Assembly: GCA_023228825.1 (NCBI GenBank) | Contig: JALOAL010000001.1 | Location: forward strand, 43,381 to 107,380 | From: Dehalococcoidia bacterium | GTDB taxonomy: Bacteria > Chloroflexota > Dehalococcoidia > UBA2979 | Reading direction: 5' to 3' | DNA length: 64,000 nucleotides | Shown: piece after piece, positions 58,218-64,000 of the stretch | Layout of the letters: each line of letters opens with the position of its first letter | Position numbering within the stretch: the first letter of the stretch is position 1 | Notes under the pieces: model-generated | What the model was told of the DNA's origin: nothing | Databases searched by the model: none | What the model saw: only the letters and a program-made list of their open reading frames with translations | Translations under genes and position numbers: made by a program

Positions 58218-58780
58218 GCCTCGATCCTCCCTGGGAGGACGATTACCGCATCGCGGCCGTCCTCCTCCTGCAGCAGCACGCGCACGTCGTCCTCGTGCGC
58301 GGTCGGGATGTTCTTGCCGACCATGTCGGCGCGGATGGGGAGTTCGCGGTGCCCTCGGTCCACCAGCACGGCCAGGCGGACGATGCGAGGCCGGCCGAAG
58401 TCGTTCAGGGCGTCCATGGCTGCGCGGATGGTGCGGCCGGTCATGAGCACGTCGTCCACCAGCACCACCACGCGCCCGTCCACGTCCGGCAGGCTAGAGG
58501 GCATGGGCGTGGGGTGGCGGCGGTCCAGGTCGTCGCGGTGCAGCGTGATGTCCAGCGCACCCAACTCGGGCCGAGCGCCCTCGATAGTGGCGATGTCCTC
58601 CGCGATGCGCTCCGCGATGATCGCGCCGCCGCGCTGGATGCCCACCAGCACCAGGTCGTCGACACCCTGGTTGGCCTCCACGATCTCGTGGGCCAGGCGC
58701 CGCAGGGCGCGGCGCACGCCGGTCGTGTCCAGCAGCGGCGCCGTGTTCACCACGAGGCCGCCCCCGTGTCCCTGAGCCAT
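58214..58780 (-). CDS. pyrR: Bifunctional pyrimidine operon regulator / uracil phosphoribosyltransferase PyrR (alternative GTG start at 58753)
   Basis: PRTase fold ([17 protein letters not shown]) with typical PyrR N-terminal helices. It is the first gene of the pyr operon and is preceded by a PyrR-box RNA. Confidence 0.85.
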   Translation of the reverse strand: MAQGHGGGLVVNTAPLLDTTGVRRALRRLAHEIVEANQGVDDLVLVGIQRGGAIIAERIAEDIATIEGARPELGALDITLHRDDLDRRHPTPMPSSLPDVDGRVVVLVDDVLMTGRTIRAAMDALNDFGRPRIVRLAVLVDRGHRELPIRADMVGKNIPTAHEDDVRVLLQEEDGRDAVIVLPGRIEA

Positions 58781-58795
58781 GCGGAGGAGGTGACA

Positions 58796-58950
58796 TAAAA
58801 AGACCTCCCCATCAGTGGGGAGGCAACGCCGCAAACCGGGCCGGGGGAGGAATAGCCATGGAAGCACTCCGGAGAGTGCGCGGCCAGAAGTGCGCCGGAG
58901 CGCGGGGTCCTCATTCGAGCGTTCCTTCCCGGCCTCACTGGACCGGCTTA
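58796..58950 (-). promoter_or_regulatory. pyr leader/attenuator: PyrR-binding loop (GGUCCAGUGAGGCC) followed by a GC-rich hairpin with a U-tract (intrinsic terminator) immediately upstream of pyrR
   Basis: The minus-strand RNA reads ...uaagccGGUCCAGUGAGGCCgggaagg... (plus 58921-58947), matching the PyrR box RRUCCAGAGAGGCY. The plus-strand hairpin cctcccc-atcag-ggggagg lies at 58804-58823, with AAAAA at 58797-58801 (UUUUU on the RNA). Confidence 0.6.
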
Positions 58951-59058
58951 AAGACAACGCGAGGTGCGTTCAGAGCAGTCTACGCCTCGTCCCGCCGTTC
59001 GCTCAAGGGGAACGGCTGATCGGGGTGAGCGATATCAGCGATATCCGGGAAATAGGCG

Positions 59059-59967
59059 TCAGTCGTCCTGCTGGCCGCCACGCTGCTCGCGCAGGAAGCG
59101 CTCCAGGTCCTCCACCATGTCTTCCGCGTCTGGAAGTTCCTCGTGCGCCCGCGGTTCCTCGGTGGCCTCGTCGTCGTCATCGTCCACGCCGTCCGCCACG
59201 CGGCGGGCGTACTCCGCGACCTCCGGATTCTGCTCGATGTCCGCGGCCACCTGCGCCTCGAAGCGCGCGGCGAAGACCTCCAGGTCGTGCAGGGTGAGGT
59301 CGAAGCCAAAGCCCCGGTTCAGGCGCTCCAGCAGCGCCAGGCTGCCCTTGGGGTTGGGGGTGCGTTGCACGTAGAAGGGGATGTTGGCCCACAGCGACGC
59401 GGACGGGATGCCCTGGTCACGCAGCGTCTGTGACAGCACGCCCACAATGCCCGTGGGCCCCTGGTACGTGGAGGCGCGAGGCTCGCCCAGGCCCAGCGCG
59501 TCCGAGAGCCACGGCTCCGTGGCGGAGCCGAAGACGCGCACCGGGCGGGCGTGGCTCGCCTCGCCCAGCAGCGCGCCCAGCACCACCACGCCGGCCACCT
59601 CGAACGTGCGGCACACCTGCAGGATCTGCTCGATGTAGGTGCGCCAGGACAGGTGTGGCTCAATGCCGGAGAGCAGGATCACGTCTCGGTCCAGGTGCTC
59701 CACGCGTTTCGCCGAGAAGACGTTGGGGGGCCACTCCACCACGCGCTCGCCGTCCTTCAGGCGGACCTGGGGGCGCAACTGGGAGAAGTCGTAGAACTCC
59801 TCCGGGTCGATCTCCGCCACGGTCTCCGCGCGCCAGCGGCGCTGGATGAAGCGCACGGCGCTGCTGGCGGCCTCGCCGGCGTCGTTCCAGCCGGAGAAGC
59901 CCGCGATCAGGATGGGCTGGCGCAGGTGCGGTTGCTGAGTGATGCGGAGCGCTTCGAAGTCCGGCAT
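59059..59967 (-). CDS. PAC2 (proteasome assembly chaperone 2-like) family protein with an acidic C-terminal tail
   Basis: ILIAGFSGWNDAGEAAS...VILLSGIEP...GPTGIVGVL pattern of the PAC2 family. Confidence 0.6.
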   Translation of the reverse strand: MPDFEALRITQQPHLRQPILIAGFSGWNDAGEAASSAVRFIQRRWRAETVAEIDPEEFYDFSQLRPQVRLKDGERVVEWPPNVFSAKRVEHLDRDVILLSGIEPHLSWRTYIEQILQVCRTFEVAGVVVLGALLGEASHARPVRVFGSATEPWLSDALGLGEPRASTYQGPTGIVGVLSQTLRDQGIPSASLWANIPFYVQRTPNPKGSLALLERLNRGFGFDLTLHDLEVFAARFEAQVAADIEQNPEVAEYARRVADGVDDDDDEATEEPRAHEELPDAEDMVEDLERFLREQRGGQQDD

Positions 59968-60088
59968 CGGCCTCCCTCATCCCCTTGCGGCGCCCCACCG
60001 GGGACGCGTGCGGACAGGATAGCCCCTCGCGGGAGGAAGCCTCTCCACCGCCGGCGCCGCCTCGGACGCCGTCTGGCGAGTGTGGACG

Positions 60089-61307
60089 TTAGAGGCTGAT
60101 CGAGGTGAGGTCGATGTTGGGCGCGGCCCTCATGGAGCGTGAGACCGCGTTGTCCACGATCTGCGCGCCGCGCTCGTGCGACAGGTCCAGCGTACCGATC
60201 AGCAGGACGCCACGATGCATCACCCACAACTGCCCCAGGACGTAGTCCCGCCGGCAGTCCTGCAGCGAGTAGCCGCGCACACCCGCCTCCACGAGCGCCT
60301 CGTGGTAGGCGTCCACCAGCCCCGCCTCGTGCGCCTCGGCGTCCTCGGTGGCCATGTTGGGGCGGAGGAAGTAGGCCACGTCGATCATTGGGTTGCCGGT
60401 CATGACGCCCTGCCAGTCGATGATCGTCATCGGCTCCGGGCCGTCGTCGTGGAACATGATGTTGTCCGCGCGGAAGTCGCCGTGCAGCAACGTTCGAGGC
60501 GAGCGCGACACGCGGTGGATCAGGTCCGGCCCGTGGACGTCGTTCCAGGCGGAGATGGCGCGCATCTCCGGCGTTAGTGCGTCATGGAAGCGCTGCTCGA
60601 AGACCGGCCAGGCCCGACGGTAGATCGCGTGCTGCACCGCCACCGCGTCGTCCGCCGGCAGGAGCCACGTGCGGTCGAGGAGCGGGCTCTCCCAGAAGGC
60701 GGCGTGCAGCCGCGCCAGCGTCCGCAGCGCCAGTTCCGCCTCGGCCGGCGTGCAACCCTTCACCTGGTCGCCCACGCGCGCGGCGCCCAGGTCCTCCAGC
60801 AGCAGGCCGAAGCGGCGCTCGCTCTTGCCGGCCTGCGACATCAGGGAGTTCAGCAGCCGGATGGTGACCGCGTCCGGGAGGAAGGCCAGCACGCGCTGCA
60901 CCACCGTCTCGGCGCGCTTGCGAGTCTCGAACTCGCCGAAGAAGCACTGGGGCACCTTCACCGTGAAATGCGGGCCCAGTTCCCGGTAGGCCAGGATCTC
61001 CTTCTCGTAGGAGCCAAAGGTCATGCCCAGCGCTCGGTTCTCCGGGATGGGGGACGGGAACTTCGCAATCACGCTGGCCGGGCCGGCCCCGTCCACGTAG
61101 GTCAGGTGGACGCGCCCCAACTCACCGAGGAACCCCTCACCCTCGCCCAGTTGCTTCACCTCAATCGCCGCCACGCTGCACGCATCGCCCAGCGCCCCGC
61201 AGTTCCGGAGGGCGCCCGTGAACCACTCCGGCGTCAGGTCCGTCAACCGCGAGGGGATCCGGGACATGGGTGGGGTGGTGGCGGTAGTCGTCGTCATGGC
61301 GGTAGCC
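60089..61307 (-). CDS. Phosphotransferase (APH/ecdysteroid-kinase-like) family protein
   Basis: LLHGDFRADN catalytic loop and IIDWQ (DxD-type) motif. Start chosen at MTTTTATT, with a GAGGAGGG Shine-Dalgarno upstream. Confidence 0.7.
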
Positions 61308-61514
61308 CTCCTCGCGCGGCGGTGCGTGCGTATCACGACTGCAATGTTATGACTCACGTAAAGAGGGGGCACGCCGCGGCCTCGCGCAGGTTCGAGCGGA
61401 CTCGGCTGGCGCGCGCTTGCAATGATGTCGCTGTGGTGTCATATTGACACCATCGTTACCCCCGCGCCCAGAGAGCCCAGAGATCCGCGCGCGGAAAGGC
61501 CGAGGGAGGCCGGC

Positions 61515-62027
61515 ATGAAGATCGACACCGACGCCATCTTCGAGGCGTTCCAGCGCACCCTGGCCCTCGTGGACGACGCGGAGCGACAGCGGCTGGAGCG
61601 CATCCTGCACGCCAGCCAGGACTCCGTCCAGCGCGCCGTGGTGGACCTGGTGCGCGCCATTGCCGAGGAGGTGAACGCCGCCGCGAGCCACCTGCACGCG
61701 GAGGTCGCGTACGGCCCCGACGGCCCGGAGTTCACCGTGGACGCCGCACCGGCCGCGGAGGAGGGCGCCTCCATTGAGTTCGAGTTCGATACCGGGGAGA
61801 TCGAGCGGCTGACGCTGCGGCTGCCCTCCGAGTTGAAGGAACTGGCGGCGCTGGCGGCGGAGCAGCACGGCGTCTCCCTCAACACCTGGCTTACGCGCCT
61901 CGTCAGTCGCGAGGCGGCCCGACGCGCAGCGCCGGAGCGCGGCCGCGAGCGGGAACGCCGAGGGGGACCCGGCAGTCGTGGAGGGCGGGGACCGGGCCAG
62001 AGCCTGAAGGGTTGGATCGGCGGATAG
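61515..62027 (+). CDS. Hypothetical protein with a C-terminal ribbon-helix-helix / HicB-like segment
   Basis: LTLRLPSELKELAALAAEQHGVSLNTWLTRLVSRE resembles RHH (CopG/HicB C-terminal) DNA-binding domains. Ends in a Gly/Arg-rich tail. Confidence 0.4.
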   Translation: MKIDTDAIFEAFQRTLALVDDAERQRLERILHASQDSVQRAVVDLVRAIAEEVNAAASHLHAEVAYGPDGPEFTVDAAPAAEEGASIEFEFDTGEIERLTLRLPSELKELAALAAEQHGVSLNTWLTRLVSREAARRAAPERGRERERRGGPGSRGGRGPGQSLKGWIGG

Positions 62028-62096
62028 CGGCCGCCCTCCGGAGGCGCCGCGCACGCAGAGGGACCACACGCCAGGGACAGCCGTGGAGGCACGCGA

Positions 62097-63020
62097 GTGC
62101 AGTATTACCGGAACATTGAACGCACCTTCCCTGCCCAGGACAGCAAGCGCCTGCGGATCGCCAACCGCAGCGGCGAACTCACCGTGATCGGGGAGGACCG
62201 GCAGGACATCTCCTTGTCGTTGCAGGTGGCCGTGGACGCGGACAACGAACGCGAGGGCGAGCGCCTGCTGGACTCCATCCACGTCCCCATGGCCGCCGCC
62301 GGCGGCGGCGTGGAGGTGGGCCCGCCAGAGTTCGAGGAGCGCCGGGGCACCGTGGTGGTGCTGGGCCTGCGCATCGGCTCGCTCAGCCTCGGCGGGTCGG
62401 GGACGCGCCTGAACATGGTGGCGCGCGTGCCTCGCGCCTGCGCGGTGACGGCGGAACAGCGCTCCGGCCCGCTACGCGTGTCCGGCCTGCAGGCCGGCCT
62501 CCGCGCCGAGTCCCGCAACGGCCACAGCGAGGTCACGGAGGTGGCGGGCGACGTCGCGCTGGAGACGCGTAGCGGCACCACGGAGGTGCGCAAGGTGCGC
62601 GGCGACCTGGCCGTGGAGGCGCGCTCCGGCCGCCTGGAGGTGGAGTCCGTCACCGGCCACACCCGCCTCCGCAGCCGCAACGGCAACGTGCTCATCCGCG
62701 ACATCGGCGGCGAACTGGAGGTGGAGAGCCGCTCCGGCCGCGTCCAGATCGATGACGTGCGCGGCCCCGTGCAGGTGCGCGCCCACTCCGGCGCCGTGGA
62801 GTTCCGAGGCCGCATCCAGCACCCCGTGGACATCGAGGTGCACAGCGGCCTGGTGAAACTGGCCGTCACGCGCGACTCGCGGTTCTTTATGGACGCGGAG
62901 ACGCACGTGGGATCCATCCGCTCCGAACTGCCCGTGGACTACCTGGAGCGTCCTCCAGAGGACGCCCCGGTGGTGCGTGTCCGCACGCACGCCGGCGCCG
63001 TGCGCATCGTGACCGCATAA
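62097..63020 (+). CDS. DUF4097-like beta-rich repeat protein (putative adhesin/LiaG-YvlB-like)
   Basis: Repeated G.V.V....G.V.V...SG segments (EVAGDVALETRSGTTEV / LAVEARSGRLEV / LEVESRSGRVQI). Confidence 0.5.
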   Translation: MQYYRNIERTFPAQDSKRLRIANRSGELTVIGEDRQDISLSLQVAVDADNEREGERLLDSIHVPMAAAGGGVEVGPPEFEERRGTVVVLGLRIGSLSLGGSGTRLNMVARVPRACAVTAEQRSGPLRVSGLQAGLRAESRNGHSEVTEVAGDVALETRSGTTEVRKVRGDLAVEARSGRLEVESVTGHTRLRSRNGNVLIRDIGGELEVESRSGRVQIDDVRGPVQVRAHSGAVEFRGRIQHPVDIEVHSGLVKLAVTRDSRFFMDAETHVGSIRSELPVDYLERPPEDAPVVRVRTHAGAVRIVTA

Positions 63021-63083
63021 TCGTGACCGCACAATTATGACTGCGGGCTGAACGCCCCGGCGCGGGAAGGGGCGCGAGGGGTG

Positions 63084-63456
63084 CTACTCGCTGACTTCGG
63101 CCTCGCCAGCGTCCGTGAACGTGATGTGCATGGTCTTCACGACCTCGCCATCGGCGTCGACCAGTTCGACGGTGCACCCGTCCACGATGCTGCACTGCAC
63201 GACCTCAGGCTCGGCGACGAGGGCTTCGGTGCCCGCATCGGCTTCTCGCTCGGCGATGAGGTTCTTCACCCAGTCCGGCATGCCACCCGCACCGTCCGTG
63301 CCATCCGCCAGCGTTGGTCGCGCGAGGTCGGCATTGGGCGCGTCACGGAACGGCCCCTCCGCGTTTGCCGTGCTGAGCACGCCACCGGCGAGGATGCCGA
63401 CCACGAGCGCGAGAGCGAAACCGGCGGTGATGCCGGCAGTCTTGATGCGAGTCATA
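63084..63456 (-). CDS. Small secreted/membrane-anchored hypothetical protein
   Basis: N-terminal signal/TM sequence (MTRIKTAGITAGFALALVVGILAGGVLS) and an acidic C-terminus. Confidence 0.35.
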
Positions 63457-63769
63457 ACCCGACCTCCAAGCAGCAACGCGACCGCGAGCATATCAGCCGT
63501 GTTGGCGACGGACGAAGGGCGACGGCGAATATGACCATCCAGGAATTCGAGCGCCAGCAGCCTGTTCAGGACAGACGCCTGGACTCGCATGGCGAGGACA
63601 TCGAGAGCATCAAGATCTGGCGAGCGAAGGTGCAGGGCTCCCTCCTCGCACTCAGCCACCCCGGGTAGTCGGGGGTGCACCGGACGATACGGCCTGTAAT
63701 AGACTCCCCTCGTTCCAACCGGGACCTGGCGTCGCCCCCCGGCGCGCAACCCGGAGGAGGGGGTACGAG

Positions 63770-64000
63770 ATGTCACTGAACCTGGGCGCCATCCTGCAGG
63801 CCTCGGCCGCACGGCACGCGGACCGGCCCGTGCTGATGCTGGGCGACTACTGCATGACCTATCGCGAGTTGGACCGAGCCGCCCGTGGCTTTGCGGCGGC
63901 CCTCCGCCAGAAGGGCATCCAGCCCGGCGACCACGTGGCGGTCATGCTCCCCAACGTCCCGCAATTCCCGGTGGCCTACTTCGGCGCCCTGTACGCGGGC
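63770..64000 (+). CDS. AMP-dependent synthetase/ligase (acyl-CoA synthetase family), N-terminal fragment continuing beyond the window
   Basis: N-terminal pattern MSLNLGAILQASAARHADRPVLMLGDYCMTYRELDRAARGFAAALRQKGIQPGDHVAVMLPNVPQFPVAYFGALYAG is typical of ANL-family enzymes. Confidence 0.6.
   Translation, partial: MSLNLGAILQASAARHADRPVLMLGDYCMTYRELDRAARGFAAALRQKGIQPGDHVAVMLPNVPQFPVAYFGALYAG

Noticed and set aside
1-64000. Scanned for CRISPR arrays, transposases, integrases, phage genes and toxin-antitoxin pairs
   Set aside because: No direct-repeat/spacer arrays, IS-like inverted repeats or recombinase motifs were seen. The only repeats are short tandem arrays (16-bp at 601-668, 15-bp at 23184-23243, 18-bp at about 35947-36000).

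Overview
Manual annotation from sequence and the ORF track only; no database searches were possible. The window is a very high-GC bacterial chromosomal segment with compact operons, many ATGA/GTGA overlaps and many long spurious antisense ORFs. It looks like a Chloroflexi/Thermomicrobia-like or actinobacterial genome. Contents in order: the 3' end of a class-III aminotransferase; a group-I birA; a histidine operon, hisZ-hisG-(unknown)-hisD-hisC-hisB ... hisI-hisN, preceded by a His-rich leader peptide; a minus-strand ManNAcA-type cell-wall polysaccharide operon (wecC-wecB-wecG-GT1) plus a HAD dehalogenase; a NarL-type response regulator and PAS/HisKA_3 kinase pair; two divergent NnrS-like heme-copper membrane proteins; a small accessory block (cupin, MarR, MFS, TetR); an ACT-malic enzyme; DtxR; and an Rrf2 (NsrR-like) regulator divergent from a ScdA_N/DUF2249 protein. 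Next comes a complete but atypical nitrous-oxide reductase cluster on the minus strand (cupredoxin-nosZ-nosL-[membrane domain::nosD]-nosF-nosY), with CRP/FNR-like palindromes in its promoter. It is followed by a lipoprotein polysaccharide deacetylase, tRNA-Arg(CCG), two cyclophilins, a pseudo-receiver protein, a giant membrane-GAF-GGDEF signalling protein, tRNA-Pro(TGG), and a fragmented pyrimidine operon (pyrR-pyrB-pyrC-carA-GNAT-2H-carB-HAD-pyrK ... pyrD) with a PyrR-box/terminator attenuator. The operon is interrupted by Mrp/ApbC and a NYN-domain protein. The window ends with a PAC2-family protein, an APH-like kinase, a HicB/RHH-like protein, a DUF4097-like beta-rich protein and the start of an acyl-CoA synthetase. 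No CRISPR arrays, transposases or integrases were seen. The most interesting points are the clade-II-like nos island with a membrane-domain::NosD fusion and its NO-stress neighbourhood, the His-rich his leader peptide, a tandem-HisG fusion, an unknown gene translationally coupled inside the his operon, and an apparent frameshift or non-canonical start at carB.
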